Below, piece after piece: positions 40,153 to 51,905 of a stretch of DNA of 64,000 nucleotides (positions are counted from its first letter, which is position 1; every line of letters begins with the position of its first letter). Source of the stretch: Enhygromyxa salina (GTDB lineage: Bacteria > Myxococcota_A > Polyangia > Nannocystales > Nannocystaceae). A program made the position numbers and the translations under genes. The stretch lies in contig NZ_PVNL01000139.1 in NCBI RefSeq assembly GCF_002994635.1, positions 82,055 to 146,054 on the forward strand. The letters are read 5' to 3'. The notes beneath the pieces were generated by a model that searched no databases, had not been told where the DNA came from, and saw only the letters and a program-made list of their open reading frames with translations.

Positions 40153-40832
40153 GCCCGCTGTTCAGCCTCGAGCTGCTCGGCCTGACGATCACCGACACGG
40201 TCATCGTCAGCGTCGCGCTCACGCTGGTCCTGAGCCTCGTGGCGCTGGCCAGCTCGCGCGCGTTCCACCCGACCCGGTTCGGCTTCTGGCAGATCACCGT
40301 AGAGGCCTACGTGGGCTGGATCCGCCGGCTCGTCGGCGAGATCGTCGAGGAGGATCCCGACCCCTACACGCCGCTGATCGGCACGCTGATCCTGTTCATT
40401 GGCGCCTGCAACATGCTCAGCTTGATCCCGGTCGTGCGCCCCCCGACCGCGGACCTCTCGACCACTGTCGCGCTCTCGCTCGTCGTGTTCTTGGCGGTGC
40501 CTGGCTACGGGATCTGGCGGCGTGGGCTGTGGGGCTACCTGAGCAACTACGTGCGGCCGCACCCCTTGATGCTGCCGTTCAACTTGATCAGCGAGCTGAC
40601 CCGCACGCTGGCTCTGGCCGTGCGGCTGTTCGGCAACGTGATGAGCGCGCAGATGGTCGGCGCGGTCATGCTCGTGGTCGCGGGCGTGCTCGTACCGATT
40701 CCCCTGTTGTTGCTCGGGATCATCACCGGGCTGATTCAGGCCTACATCTTCGGGGTCCTGGCTGCGGTGTTCATCGCCGCGGCGGTCCAGATCGAAGAGA
40801 CCAAGTCACCCCCTGCACAGGCAGCATCATGA
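40149..40832 (+). CDS. atpB: F-type ATPase subunit a
   Basis: A TTG start at 40149 (TTGA overlap). The conserved stator Arg sits in the ALAVRLFGNVMSAQMV context. There are five TM helices. Confidence 0.8.
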   Translation: MSPLFSLELLGLTITDTVIVSVALTLVLSLVALASSRAFHPTRFGFWQITVEAYVGWIRRLVGEIVEEDPDPYTPLIGTLILFIGACNMLSLIPVVRPPTADLSTTVALSLVVFLAVPGYGIWRRGLWGYLSNYVRPHPLMLPFNLISELTRTLALAVRLFGNVMSAQMVGAVMLVVAGVLVPIPLLLLGIITGLIQAYIFGVLAAVFIAAAVQIEETKSPPAQAAS

Positions 40833-41083
40833 TGGATCAAACCCTCATCTATCTCATCTCGATCATCGTCGCGGGCGCCACGGTCACGTTCGGCACGATC
40901 GCCCCGGCGATCGCCGAAGGCCGGGCGGTCGTGGCCGCCCTCGATGCGATCGCGCGACAGCCCGAGGTCGCGCCAACCACGACGCGGACCCTGTTCGTCG
41001 GCATCGCCATGATCGAGTCGACCGCGATCTACTGCCTCGTCGTCGCCTTGGTGCTGCTGTTCGCCAACCCGTTCGCGAGCTGA
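40829..41083 (+). CDS. atpE: F-type ATPase c subunit with a complete Na+-binding signature
   Basis: MMDQTLIY...AIARQPE...IAMIESTAIYCLVVALVLLFANPF. Gln, Glu, Ser, Thr and Tyr are all at positions equivalent to the Ilyobacter tartaricus Na+-site residues. ATGA-coupled to atpB. Confidence 0.85.
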   Translation: MMDQTLIYLISIIVAGATVTFGTIAPAIAEGRAVVAALDAIARQPEVAPTTTRTLFVGIAMIESTAIYCLVVALVLLFANPFAS

Positions 41084-41087
41084 AGCC

Positions 41088-41843
41088 ATGCAACTCGACT
41101 GGACCACGGTCGTCTTCGAGCTCATCAACTTCGGCGTGCTCATGCTGTTGTTGACGCGGTTCTTGTTCAAGCCGGTCCGCGAGCTGTTGCTCGAGCGCAA
41201 GCGCGAGGTCGCCAGCGCGCAGGTGCTCGCCGAGACCGCGCGGACCGAGAGTGAGGCTGCCAAAGCCCAGTTCGAGGGGCGCCAACGCGAGCTCGAGGCC
41301 GAGGCCAAGGCGCTGCAGGACCGGGCCAAGGCCGAGGCCGAGCAGACCGCCAACGAGCTGATCGAGGCCGGGCGCGAGGATATTCGACGAGCTCGCGCGC
41401 GCTTCGAAGCCGAGCTCGAGCGCGCCCGGGTCGAGGCGCTGGAGCGTCTGCGGCCCGAGCTGATTCAGCTGACCTTCGAGGCCGGGCGGCGCTTGCTGGC
41501 GGACATGCAGCTGGGCGAGCTCGCGCAGGCGTTCGCCAGCCGCGGCGCTCTCAGCCTCCGCGACGCCCTGGCGGCGGACCAGTCCGACCTGGCCGACAAG
41601 CGCGTGCGCGCGTGGGTGAGCCCGGACGCCGACCTGCACGCGGTGTCACGGGTGCTCGAACAGACCCTCGGAGACTCGCAGCTCGAGCTCGACGTCGACA
41701 GCTCGCTGGTCGGTGGCGTGAAGTTGATCGCGGACGGGGTCGAGGTCGAGGCGAGCGCGGGTGCGTCGCTTGGACGGTGGCTGCGTGAGCAGCTCGGGGC
41801 CTCGCGGTCTCGAGCCGAGCTCGGGCTTGGGGCTGGGTCGTGA
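41088..41843 (+). CDS. atpF: F-type ATPase subunit b (long, N-ATPase type)
   Basis: An N-terminal TM segment (VVFELINFGVLMLLLTRFLF), then an extended Ala/Glu/Arg-rich coiled coil. The protein is 251 aa. No separate delta gene is present. Confidence 0.75.
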   Translation: MQLDWTTVVFELINFGVLMLLLTRFLFKPVRELLLERKREVASAQVLAETARTESEAAKAQFEGRQRELEAEAKALQDRAKAEAEQTANELIEAGREDIRRARARFEAELERARVEALERLRPELIQLTFEAGRRLLADMQLGELAQAFASRGALSLRDALAADQSDLADKRVRAWVSPDADLHAVSRVLEQTLGDSQLELDVDSSLVGGVKLIADGVEVEASAGASLGRWLREQLGASRSRAELGLGAGS

Positions 41844-43414
41844 AATCGCAGCTGTCCGCGCCCGTCGTTCAGCCTGACAGCGCTGACCCCAGCCGCCTCG
41901 CTCTGACCGATCGCCTCGAGCACGAGGCGCGTCGGGTCGTCGCCGGCTTGCGCGAGGACTTCACCCACCTCCACACGCAGCCAACGGTCGCGCGACTCGG
42001 GCGGGTCGTCGAAGCGGGCGACGGCGTCGCTACGGCGGTCGGGCTCGAGCACCCGGTCGCTGGCGAGCTGCTCGACATCGATGGCGTCCCCGCGCGCGCC
42101 GAGATCGTCTCCGAGGATCAAGTCCGCATGATCTTGTTTGGCGGGAGCGAGGCCGTCGCAGCCGGCGCGCCGGTTCGTCGCACGGGCCGCGTGCTCGACG
42201 TCCCCGCTGGCGTCGAGCTGATCGGGCGGGTCGTCGACGCGCTCGGACGCCCGATCGATCACCGCGGCCGGCTGAACACCCGCAGGCGCGTGCCGATCGA
42301 GGGCGAGGCCGCCAGCCTGGCCGATCGCGAGGCCGTCAGCCGTCCCCTGCGTACCGGGCTGTTCGTCGTCGACACCATGATCCCGATCGGTCGCGGGCAG
42401 CGGCAGCTGATCGTCGGCGATCACTCGACCGGCAAGTCGGAGCTGTGTCTCAACATCCTCGCCGCGCTCGATCATGGGCTGGTCGGGATCTATGTCAGCA
42501 TCGGTCGCCGCGGGGCCGACACCGCCGCGAACCTGGGCTGGCTCACCGACCACGGGTTCTTCCAGCGTGGCTTCGCGCTGGTCGCCAACGCGGATCAGAG
42601 CGTCGGCCTGGTCCAGCTGGCGCCCTACACCGCGATGGCGATGGCCGAGGCGCTCATGCACGAAGGTCGCGACGTGGTCGTCGTGTTCGACAACCTCACC
42701 GCTCACGCCCACGCGCATCGCAGCTTGGCGCTGCTGCTCGGGCGTCCGGTTGGGCGCGAGGCTTACCCGGTCGACGTGTTCTATGCCCACGCTCGGGTGC
42801 TCGAGCGCGCCGGGCAGCTCGGTCGCGAGCGCGGCGGTGGGTCGGTCACCGCGCTGCCGATCATCGAGACCCAGGCCGGGGATCTGACCGCGTACATCCC
42901 CACCAACCTGGTCTCGATCACCGACGGTCAGATCCGCCTCGACGCTGGGCTGGTGTCCGAGGGGCAGGTGCCGGCCGTCGACGTCGCGCTGTCCGTCTCG
43001 CGGGTTGGCAGCAAGGCGCAGCCTCGACTGATCCGCGAGCTGGCCGGCCAGCTCGCGCACCGCTACGCGCAGTTCCTCGAGCTCGAGTCGTTCACGCGGT
43101 TCGGCGCCCGGCTCGAGACCAGCGCCCAGCGCACGATCAACTGGGGCCGACGCGTACGCCGAGCGCTGCGGCAGGGTCGATCCGAGCCGCGCACGTGGGC
43201 CCAGACCGCCGCGACCCTGCTGGTGCTCGACGACCCGCGGATCACTGACGTCGCGCTCGAGGATCTGCGCGCGCTCATCGACTCGGTCTGCACGACGATC
43301 GAGAGCCACCACCTGCACGTGTGGACGCGTCTCGAACTTGGCGACGCGCTCGCGCCCGGCGACAGCGAGCTGGTCCGCGAGGTCGTTGGCGTCGTGCTGG
43401 GGGCGCAGCCGTGA
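41840..43414 (+). CDS. atpA: F-type ATPase alpha subunit
   Basis: GDHSTGKSEL (Walker A-like). Alpha-type N-terminal barrel. GTGA-coupled at both ends. Confidence 0.9.
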   Translation: MKSQLSAPVVQPDSADPSRLALTDRLEHEARRVVAGLREDFTHLHTQPTVARLGRVVEAGDGVATAVGLEHPVAGELLDIDGVPARAEIVSEDQVRMILFGGSEAVAAGAPVRRTGRVLDVPAGVELIGRVVDALGRPIDHRGRLNTRRRVPIEGEAASLADREAVSRPLRTGLFVVDTMIPIGRGQRQLIVGDHSTGKSELCLNILAALDHGLVGIYVSIGRRGADTAANLGWLTDHGFFQRGFALVANADQSVGLVQLAPYTAMAMAEALMHEGRDVVVVFDNLTAHAHAHRSLALLLGRPVGREAYPVDVFYAHARVLERAGQLGRERGGGSVTALPIIETQAGDLTAYIPTNLVSITDGQIRLDAGLVSEGQVPAVDVALSVSRVGSKAQPRLIRELAGQLAHRYAQFLELESFTRFGARLETSAQRTINWGRRVRRALRQGRSEPRTWAQTAATLLVLDDPRITDVALEDLRALIDSVCTTIESHHLHVWTRLELGDALAPGDSELVREVVGVVLGAQP

Positions 43415-44247
43415 CTCGCCACCGGGCGCTCGCGCAGCGGCTCGCGGCGTGGCGCAGCTTTCGGGGCATCGCCCGAGCGGCCCGGACCCTGGCGGCCGCG
43501 CAGGGCCAGCGCTGGTCGGCGCACGCCGAGCAGGCGGCCCGGCATCTCGCGTGGACGCGCGGGCTGATCGAGCACTTTGAAGTCTCGACGCCCGAGCACG
43601 CCGCGCGAGGTGTACTCGTGATCGGCACCGACCTTGGTCTTTGCGGTCGCTTGAACGCGGCCTTGGCTGCGCAGCTGCGGGCGTCGGCGCTGGTCGACGA
43701 GGGCGCGCTGATCGTCGTTGGCGCGCGGCTGCTCGACGAGCTGCGGGACGTCGAGCCGGTGTTCTCGCTGCCTGCTCCCGCCTCGCTCGAGGCGATCGAG
43801 CAGCTGTCGAGCCGGATCGCTACCGCGCTCGAGACCGCGGCGCGCACCGCCGAGCTGCAGCTGTCGATCTTGCTGAGCGCGACCACCACGAACGACGGTT
43901 ACCCGATCCTCGAGATCTGGCGCGAGGGCCCCGAGCTGAGCGAGCTCGCACGGGTCCGCCGCTCGCTCGCGCCACCGATCGTCGACCTGAGCCCGCCCGA
44001 GCTCGCCCGAGAGTCGGTCGCCAGCTTGCACCTTCGCGCTCGCATCGCCCACGCGCTGTGTGTCGCGGCCGCCAGCGAAGCGGCCGCGCGGCTGTTCACG
44101 ATGAGTCGCGCCTACGAGGCCAGCGATCGCAGCATTCGCCAGCAGCAGCTCGACCTGCGCAAGCTCGAGCAAGAGGAGATCACCCAGGACATGCTCGAGG
44201 TCCGCGGCGGACAGCGACCCCGCGGCCGCGAGCGCCGACTAGTCTGA
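43411..44247 (+). CDS. atpG: F-type ATPase gamma subunit
   Basis: A GTG start at 43411 overlaps the atpA stop. The C-terminal helix LFTMSRAYEASDRSIRQQQLDLRKLEQEEITQDMLEV is gamma-like. Confidence 0.75.
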   Translation: MTRHRALAQRLAAWRSFRGIARAARTLAAAQGQRWSAHAEQAARHLAWTRGLIEHFEVSTPEHAARGVLVIGTDLGLCGRLNAALAAQLRASALVDEGALIVVGARLLDELRDVEPVFSLPAPASLEAIEQLSSRIATALETAARTAELQLSILLSATTTNDGYPILEIWREGPELSELARVRRSLAPPIVDLSPPELARESVASLHLRARIAHALCVAAASEAAARLFTMSRAYEASDRSIRQQQLDLRKLEQEEITQDMLEVRGGQRPRGRERRLV

Positions 44248-44315
44248 AGTCACGACGCCAGGCACATCTGGTCCCGTAGTCACTCCAACTGGCCCCGTCG
44301 ACAGCTCGTGGACCG

Positions 44316-45155
44316 GTGCTCCATACTGCGCCGATGCGGCTCCCTCCCGCCGAGATCGCCCAGCTCGAAGAGCGTCGTCAGGCGCGGCTGCTCGCTGACG
44401 TGACCCCGCTGGTCCAGCCGTTCGCGGGCGGGTTCATGGGCTTTCACGAGCCGGGCTCGTGGCAGAACCAGGCCTGCGGCGTCGGTCTCGCGGGTCCGGT
44501 CGGCGCCGACGAGATCACCAACATGATCGAGTTCTACCAGTCGCGGGGCGTCGAGCCGCGGGTCGAGCTGTCACCCTTCGCCGACGAGAGCCTGGTCGCC
44601 GGGCTCGGTGAGCGTGGCTTCGTGATCCGCGAGTTCGAGCACGTGCTCGCTCGTGAGCTGGACCCAGGCGAGGATCTCGAGGCGGCGCTGCCGTTTGGGC
44701 GGCCCGCCGGGCTCGAGCTGCGCGAGCTCGACCAGGCCGACCGGCCGATGCTCGAGCGCGCGGTCGAGGTCGCGCTGCGGGGGTTCTATCCGACCGGCGA
44801 GATCCCACGCGCGATGTTCGACGCGTGCGTGGCCACCAACTCGATGCCCAACAACCTCACCGTGCTCGCGTGGCTCGACGGCGAGCTGGTGGCCGCGGGC
44901 ACCGTCAGCGTGGGCGGCGAGGTCGCGAGCTTGATGGGGGTCTCGACCGAGCCGCGCGCACGTCGGCGGGGGATCCAGCAGGCGCTGATCGTCGAGCGGC
45001 TCGCGCTGGCCCGCGGGCGGGGGTGCGTGCTCGCGACGATCGGCTCACGCCCGGGGATCCCGACCGAGCGCAACGCGCTGCGGCTCGGGTTCTCGGTCGC
45101 CTACACCAAGGTCATCGTGGTCCGCCCGGGGTCTGGGCTCGCGCGCTCGGTCTGA
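44316..45155 (+). CDS. GNAT-family N-acetyltransferase
   Basis: The acetyl-CoA-binding motif reads MGVSTEPRARRRGIQQALIVERLALARGRG (the Q/RxxGxG/A pattern). The 3' end is duplicated downstream; see the repeat features. Confidence 0.75.
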   Translation: MLHTAPMRLPPAEIAQLEERRQARLLADVTPLVQPFAGGFMGFHEPGSWQNQACGVGLAGPVGADEITNMIEFYQSRGVEPRVELSPFADESLVAGLGERGFVIREFEHVLARELDPGEDLEAALPFGRPAGLELRELDQADRPMLERAVEVALRGFYPTGEIPRAMFDACVATNSMPNNLTVLAWLDGELVAAGTVSVGGEVASLMGVSTEPRARRRGIQQALIVERLALARGRGCVLATIGSRPGIPTERNALRLGFSVAYTKVIVVRPGSGLARSV

Positions 45156-45188
45156 ACCACTTGGGACCAGCGGACGACCCGATCGCCC
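45111..45188 (+). repeat. Direct repeat copy A (~78 bp), overlapping the GNAT 3' end
   Basis: gtcatcgtggtccgcccggggtctgggctcgcgcgctcggtctgaaccacttgggaccagcggacgacccgatcgccca. It shares an identical 26-bp core, ctcgcgcgctcggtctgaaccacttg, with copy B, and ~80% identity overall. Confidence 0.8.
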
Positions 45189-45292
45189 ATGACCGAGCAG
45201 CTCTCCGCGCCGGATGACCCGACCGCGATGAGCGTGGACGGATCAGCCTCGAAGGATCATCGCCGCGATTGTGCTCGTGGGCGACCGACGTG

Positions 45293-47275
45293 TCAGCCGG
45301 CGGTCCGCAGCCGCTCGCGCATGGCCTGCAGCGCAGGCATCTCCCGCAAGCTGCCCAACTCGGCGACGATCAAGTCGAACCAGTTGAGCCCCTCGAGCCA
45401 TGCGCTCGCGCTCTCGCTGGACACGCCCATGTGTTGCAGGGCCTGACAGATGAAGCCCTCCACGTCGCGCTTGTCGGCGGAGTCGTGGTAGCGACCGGCT
45501 TCGATCGCGCTGCGGTGGAAGTTGCAGACCTGCTGCTGCAGCACGCCGAGGTCGTTGGTGCCGAGCACCGCGTTGCCACAGGCTTCATTCAGCAGGTCCT
45601 TGCGCTGCTGTAGCTGGCCATGCAGGTGCTGCAGGTTGGGCTGTGCCCACTTGTCTCGCAGCTGCTGTCCGAGCCACTCCCAGGCTCGTGTACAGGCTTC
45701 GGCGGCGACCTCGGGAGAGTCATCGATGCCGGCGATCTGGTTCGACTTGCCGACTTTGCTCAGCAGTGGCCCGAGCCGAGGTCCGCCGGATAGCAGTACG
45801 GCCTCCGCCGTGCGCGCGGCCCAGAAGCTGGTCGTGAGTGCGAACTTCCTCTCGAGTGCTTCGGCGATGGCCTCGGCATGCTCGCTCGTGAGCAGATCGC
45901 GATCGAGGATCAGATGAGCCTTGTCCCAGATGCTGCGATCGTTGCGGATTTCCTGGAGCACGACCCGCAGCGCGGCGAGCGAACGCAGTCCGCCGTCGAT
46001 GCCATTGAAGCTCCAGTACATGGCTTTCTCGCGCGGCCGACCGAGGCGATCGATCTCCAACATGCGGTCGATCAACGCCGCGTCCAAGGGCCCCTCGACG
46101 AGCAGGAAGTGCTGGGCCTCGAGCGCGTTGAGAAAGTCGAGGGCGGTCTCGGCCCCAATCGACGACAGCACGCTGCGCAGCGGCGAGGCGATGAGTCCGT
46201 GCTGGCGGCCTTTGGCGACAACTCGTTCGCTGGCGACTGCCCGAAATTCTCGTGGGGCGTCATCGGGCGCCGGCGCGAGGTGGAACACGCGATCCCAGCT
46301 CACGTTGCGCAGCAGCGACTCGTTGTGCGTGGTTGCGAACACCTGCGCATGCTGAGCGCGGTCTTCGATGACCTCGAGCAGACGTCGCTGGATGTCGCGG
46401 TGAATGTGCGAGTCGGGCTCATCGAGCAGCACGAGGTCGAGATCCGAGGGGTCCAAATACAGGTTGAGCAACACCTCGATGATCTGCAGCGAGCCGCTAC
46501 CGAGCAGCGAGATGTCGCGCAGACGGTCGCGCTGGCTGCTGCGGGCGAGCACCTGCACACGCACATTGGTGTTGGGATCGCCGTGAACCTCGATGTCGAG
46601 TTGACCGGTCGCGCCAGTCAGAATTTGGCTGACGTCGTCCTTGAAGCGCTGGAAGTCGTTGGCGCGGGCGTGGAGCCGAAAGATACGGTTGCGCAGCACT
46701 TCGGCCGAACGGCGCTGACGGATCAGGTATGTGGTCTTGCCCGGCGTCAGGAACTCTTCAGTCGTCAGCACGGCCGCGACCGGCGACGCAAACAAGACTC
46801 GAAAGGGGTGTGGCCAAGCCTGACAGCTGGCGTTGAGGCGAGGGTTGAGCTGTTTGGGATTGGCGGCGCCCGACCTGAACTCGTAGTTGCCACCACGTGC
46901 CTTGCGGACCTCCAGAGGGACGTCGAAGTCCCCGTCATCGTCCGCCAGTGTCGCGGTCAACGTCAGCTGACCGCTCTCGCGGTAGAACAGATCGTCAAAA
47001 CCGGGGCTGCGGACCGACACGACCTCGCTGTGATGGACCAGGGCCGAGTCGAGGTACCAGTCCCCACGGCGGACGCCTTGCTTGGAGCTGGCCTTCCCCA
47101 TCTGCGCGCTGATCCGCTCGAAGCTCTCGACCCACAGCGCCAGCGCCTCCAGCACCGTCGTCTTGCCCGAGTTGTTGGGCCCGGTGATCACGTTGACCCG
47201 CGGATGCCAGTGCAAGGTCGCATCGCCGATGGCCTTGAACCCCTGAATCCGAAACGACTTCATCCGCAGCGGCAC
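45293..47275 (-). CDS. OLD-family ATP-dependent endonuclease (N-terminal ABC-type ATPase + C-terminal Toprim), class-1-like single-gene form
   Basis: ITGPNNSGKTTVLEAL (Walker A). LLDEPDSHIH (Walker B/D-loop). ATTHNESL (H-loop). Toprim: FLLVEGPLD (catalytic Glu) and HLILDRDLL (DxD). Confidence 0.8.
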   Translation of the reverse strand: MPLRMKSFRIQGFKAIGDATLHWHPRVNVITGPNNSGKTTVLEALALWVESFERISAQMGKASSKQGVRRGDWYLDSALVHHSEVVSVRSPGFDDLFYRESGQLTLTATLADDDGDFDVPLEVRKARGGNYEFRSGAANPKQLNPRLNASCQAWPHPFRVLFASPVAAVLTTEEFLTPGKTTYLIRQRRSAEVLRNRIFRLHARANDFQRFKDDVSQILTGATGQLDIEVHGDPNTNVRVQVLARSSQRDRLRDISLLGSGSLQIIEVLLNLYLDPSDLDLVLLDEPDSHIHRDIQRRLLEVIEDRAQHAQVFATTHNESLLRNVSWDRVFHLAPAPDDAPREFRAVASERVVAKGRQHGLIASPLRSVLSSIGAETALDFLNALEAQHFLLVEGPLDAALIDRMLEIDRLGRPREKAMYWSFNGIDGGLRSLAALRVVLQEIRNDRSIWDKAHLILDRDLLTSEHAEAIAEALERKFALTTSFWAARTAEAVLLSGGPRLGPLLSKVGKSNQIAGIDDSPEVAAEACTRAWEWLGQQLRDKWAQPNLQHLHGQLQQRKDLLNEACGNAVLGTNDLGVLQQQVCNFHRSAIEAGRYHDSADKRDVEGFICQALQHMGVSSESASAWLEGLNWFDLIVAELGSLREMPALQAMRERLRTAG

Positions 47276-47380
47276 AGCGCGGCGATGGTAGCCAGGGCCG
47301 GGATCGCTGTCGAGCGCGGCGCAAGCACCTACCCGTGCTCGTCATCGACGACGGCAGCGCAGCGCCGGGCGGCCGTGGAG

Positions 47381-47443
47381 CTCATCGTGGTCCGGCCGAG
47401 ACCTCGACTCGCGCGCTCGGTCTGAACCACTTGCAACTGGCGA

Positions 47444-47458
<15 letters not shown>
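47381..47458 (+). repeat. Direct repeat copy B (~78 bp), preserving a GNAT-C-terminus-like reading frame (…IVVRPRPRLARSV*)
   Basis: tcatcgtggtccggccgagacctcgactcgcgcgctcggtctgaaccacttgcaactggcgactacccgatcgcccac. It overlaps the 3' end of the Ser/Thr kinase gene. Confidence 0.8.
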
Positions 47459-48835
<1,377 letters not shown>

Positions 48836-48998
48836 GGGAGTGCTCCGACAAAACGACGTGCGAACCACGGACGGATCGACAGGTCCCCGCAAGTATCGCA
48901 TCTGTGGGTTGCCACCGCGCGTACGACCACACCGTAGTGCAGTTACGGGTGGCGCGCACCGACCGCACGCCACCCGCTGCCTCGGCTACCGGCCCCGG

Positions 48999-50918
48999 CT
49001 AAACATCATGCGACGACGAGATGATCGTGCTGCTCGAACCAGCGCCCCCGCCCTTGGCCTCGCGATACTGCTTGCGGACGATCTCACCCGCGACATCCCG
49101 CGAGCCCAGGCCGAACGCCAGCGCCCCCGCGAGACACAGGCCGCCAAACAACAGCGCGAAGCTCAACAGCACGAACTCGTCCGCGAAACCGAGTTGGTGC
49201 ACGGCCATCGTGAACGCGAACACCAGCACGGCGTAGCGGGCAAACTCGGCCATCCACACCGGGCCCTGCTCCGCGCTCCCCGGTCCGACTGGTCCCGTCT
49301 GTCCCGGCTGTCCCATCTGTCCCATCTGTCCCGGCTGTGCCGTGGGGGGCGGCGCGGCCCTGCGCTGGCGGGTCTCGATCAGATCCCGCACATAGTTGCC
49401 GACCGCGAAGCCGACGCCGACGATCACCAGCGCGACCGCGGCCCGGGTGACCGAGAACACCAACAGCGCGTCGACGTAGCTGGCCCACAGGTCGAGGCTG
49501 AGGCTGTGCAGCGCCTGCGCGAGCGCGAGCAGCACGATCACGATCTGGACCACGAAGCCAGCTAGCCCCGACGGCTTGCCGAGCTCGTCCTCGCGCTCGG
49601 CGATCTGGTTGAGCCCGATCTTCGCCATCCAGCGATCCAGGCCGACGCCCTCGAGGGCCCGCTGGGTGATCCCCCGCGCGAGCCGGCCCACGAACACACC
49701 CACGACCACGATCACGATCGCGAGCAGCAGCGAAGGTAGCATCAGCCAAAACTGCGCCATCATGGCGGTCAGCGGCACCGACAGGGTCTCGAGCCCGACC
49801 GCTTGCAACGCCGCGATCCCGGTCTCGATCAAGATGAACGCCATCGCCAGCCACCCGGCGACCTTGCTCGGCGTCGACTTGCCGAACAGACCCGACAGCC
49901 GCAGCTTGGCGACCAGCGTGTCGAACCCGACAGCCTCGAGCGCGCGCGTGACCACCAGCCGCACGACCTTGGCGAGGATCCAGCCACCAATGCCGATCAG
50001 CGCCGCGACACCGAGCGCCGGAAGCAGGCTCATGATCGAGTTGACGACGTTGCTGAGCGGGCGCGAGATCGCGGGGATCTGCAGCGCGTCGATCGCCCCG
50101 GCGAGCCCAAGCAGAATCACCAGCCAGAACACCACCCTGCCCGCGGTCTCGGAGAACCGGGTGTCCTTGGCTTCGATCTCACCCGCGGCCGCGGTGCTGG
50201 GGCGGACGACGACCTCGGCAGCCGGGACCTGATCGAGCTCCGCGAAGCGCTTGTCGACGCGCGCAATCTGCAGGGCCTTGACGACGACCTTGCTCGAGAT
50301 CAGCGCGACGATATAGGCCGCGACCATGATCAGGATCGCCTTGCCGATCAGCGGCAGCGCCTGCGCCACCGTCGAGACGAACCCCTGAATCGGGGCCGCC
50401 GCCTGCTCGAGGCCGGCGAATTCGAGCACGCCCACCACCACCAGCGCCATCAGCAGATAGAACACGACCTTCGCCGTGATCCGCTCGAGCCGATGGGGAT
50501 CGGCCTGGGTGCCGGTCCTGATCCCCTCCGTGTCATCGACCATCATGTTGATCCCCAGCCGCTTGGCGAGCCGGTTGTCCCAGCTGGTCTTGACCAGGAC
50601 CCGATACACCACCCACGCGAGCAGCTTGGCGATCAGCCAGCCAACGATGAACAGCAGCACACCCGCGAGCAGCTGCCAGCCGACTTGCAGAATGTCGTCG
50701 GACGCGACCGGGCCGACCAGGTCCCGCCACCACTGCGCTGTGAGGATGTCCGGCCGGCCTTGCTCGACGACGACCCGCTCGGCGTCGGGCGGCCCGGCGA
50801 GGGCGAGTCGGGGGACGGCTACCGCCAGCAGGGCGACGGCGCCCATGATGATTCGCTCGAGTCGGTGCAGCATGGTTCTCCTTCGCCTGCGCTCGGGCGC
50901 CTGCGAACGCTCAAGCAT
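48999..50918 (-). CDS. Multi-pass membrane protein built from ~5 repeated helix modules (CmpX / MscS-N-terminal-like). No MscS beta-domain was recognised
   Basis: Recurring modules of the form ...(L/V)AK(V/L)V..(L/V)V.RALE.VG(F/L)D...AK(L/I).L. There is a low-complexity PGQMGQMGQPGQTGPVGPG segment. The real start is possibly the internal Met (MLHRLERIIMGAVALL). Confidence 0.5.
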   Translation of the reverse strand: MLERSQAPERRRRRTMLHRLERIIMGAVALLAVAVPRLALAGPPDAERVVVEQGRPDILTAQWWRDLVGPVASDDILQVGWQLLAGVLLFIVGWLIAKLLAWVVYRVLVKTSWDNRLAKRLGINMMVDDTEGIRTGTQADPHRLERITAKVVFYLLMALVVVGVLEFAGLEQAAAPIQGFVSTVAQALPLIGKAILIMVAAYIVALISSKVVVKALQIARVDKRFAELDQVPAAEVVVRPSTAAAGEIEAKDTRFSETAGRVVFWLVILLGLAGAIDALQIPAISRPLSNVVNSIMSLLPALGVAALIGIGGWILAKVVRLVVTRALEAVGFDTLVAKLRLSGLFGKSTPSKVAGWLAMAFILIETGIAALQAVGLETLSVPLTAMMAQFWLMLPSLLLAIVIVVVGVFVGRLARGITQRALEGVGLDRWMAKIGLNQIAEREDELGKPSGLAGFVVQIVIVLLALAQALHSLSLDLWASYVDALLVFSVTRAAVALVIVGVGFAVGNYVRDLIETRQRRAAPPPTAQPGQMGQMGQPGQTGPVGPGSAEQGPVWMAEFARYAVLVFAFTMAVHQLGFADEFVLLSFALLFGGLCLAGALAFGLGSRDVAGEIVRKQYREAKGGGAGSSSTIISSSHDV

Positions 50919-51016
50919 GGGCCCGTCGAGATGGAGATCAACGCGCTCATCCGGCGTTCTTTGCGAGCTGTCACCCGATCCTCGTCAGGTGTTTGCGTTG
51001 ACTCGAAGGTGTGCGT

Positions 51017-51781
51017 TCAGCTCGGGCCCGGCTCGAGGGCCGCGGCCAACATCCGGGCCTTCTCGGCGATGATCAACGCGCGCACGTGATCTCGAAACGC
51101 CGCCACGTCGCCCTGAAACTGGCTGGGATCGACCGGGTCCATGACCTGCACGTGGCACTTGGCGGCGATCTTCACCCGCAGACCGTGCTTGGGCAGGGTG
51201 TCGGCGGTGCCGGTCAGCACGATCGGATACACCGGACAGTTGGCCTCGATCGCCAGACGAAACGCCCCGTCCTTGAACGCCTTGACCTCGGCGTCGGGTG
51301 AGCGGGTGCCCTCTGGAAACATCAGGATCGGCATGTCCTTGGCGAGCCACGCGTGGCAGCGCTGGCTCATCTCGATGATGCTGGCCTTGTCACCCCGACG
51401 CAGCGGCACGTAGCCGTTGTAGTGCATGTTCCAGCCCAGGAACGGCGACCGGAACACCGCCGCCTTGCTGACCCACTTGTACGGACGATACAGCCCGAAC
51501 AGCACCAAGATATCGCCGAGCGACTCGTGGTTCGAGACCAGCACCGCCTTGCCGCGCCACGGCAGCTTGGCGCGCCCCGTGATCCGCAGCCGCCAAAACG
51601 GGTTGAGGTAGAACATGATCTGGGCCCAGAAGCAGGAGTACAGATGCTGGACCACGCGGCGCCGGTCGAACGGCACCGTGAGCACGAAGCACGCCGTCGC
51701 GCCCAGGAACATCACCATGCAGACGAGCCCGAACGTCAGCCACCACACCGTCGCAAACACGACCTGAGCAGCCTGCCTCAT
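51017..51781 (-). CDS. 1-acyl-sn-glycerol-3-phosphate acyltransferase (PlsC/LPLAT family)
   Basis: An N-terminal TM, then VLVSNHESLGD (HX4D) and MFPEGTRS (the PEGTR motif). Confidence 0.8.
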   Translation of the reverse strand: MRQAAQVVFATVWWLTFGLVCMVMFLGATACFVLTVPFDRRRVVQHLYSCFWAQIMFYLNPFWRLRITGRAKLPWRGKAVLVSNHESLGDILVLFGLYRPYKWVSKAAVFRSPFLGWNMHYNGYVPLRRGDKASIIEMSQRCHAWLAKDMPILMFPEGTRSPDAEVKAFKDGAFRLAIEANCPVYPIVLTGTADTLPKHGLRVKIAAKCHVQVMDPVDPSQFQGDVAAFRDHVRALIIAEKARMLAAALEPGPS

Positions 51782-51905
51782 CGGGGTAGACTACCAGGGT
51801 GCCGCACCAGCGGACACAGCTCGGCGACCGACGTCAAGTCGGATGACCGCGCCACGATGACAGCTCACTCACGCGGCCAATGACCGAATGAGCACTGCAA
51901 ACTGG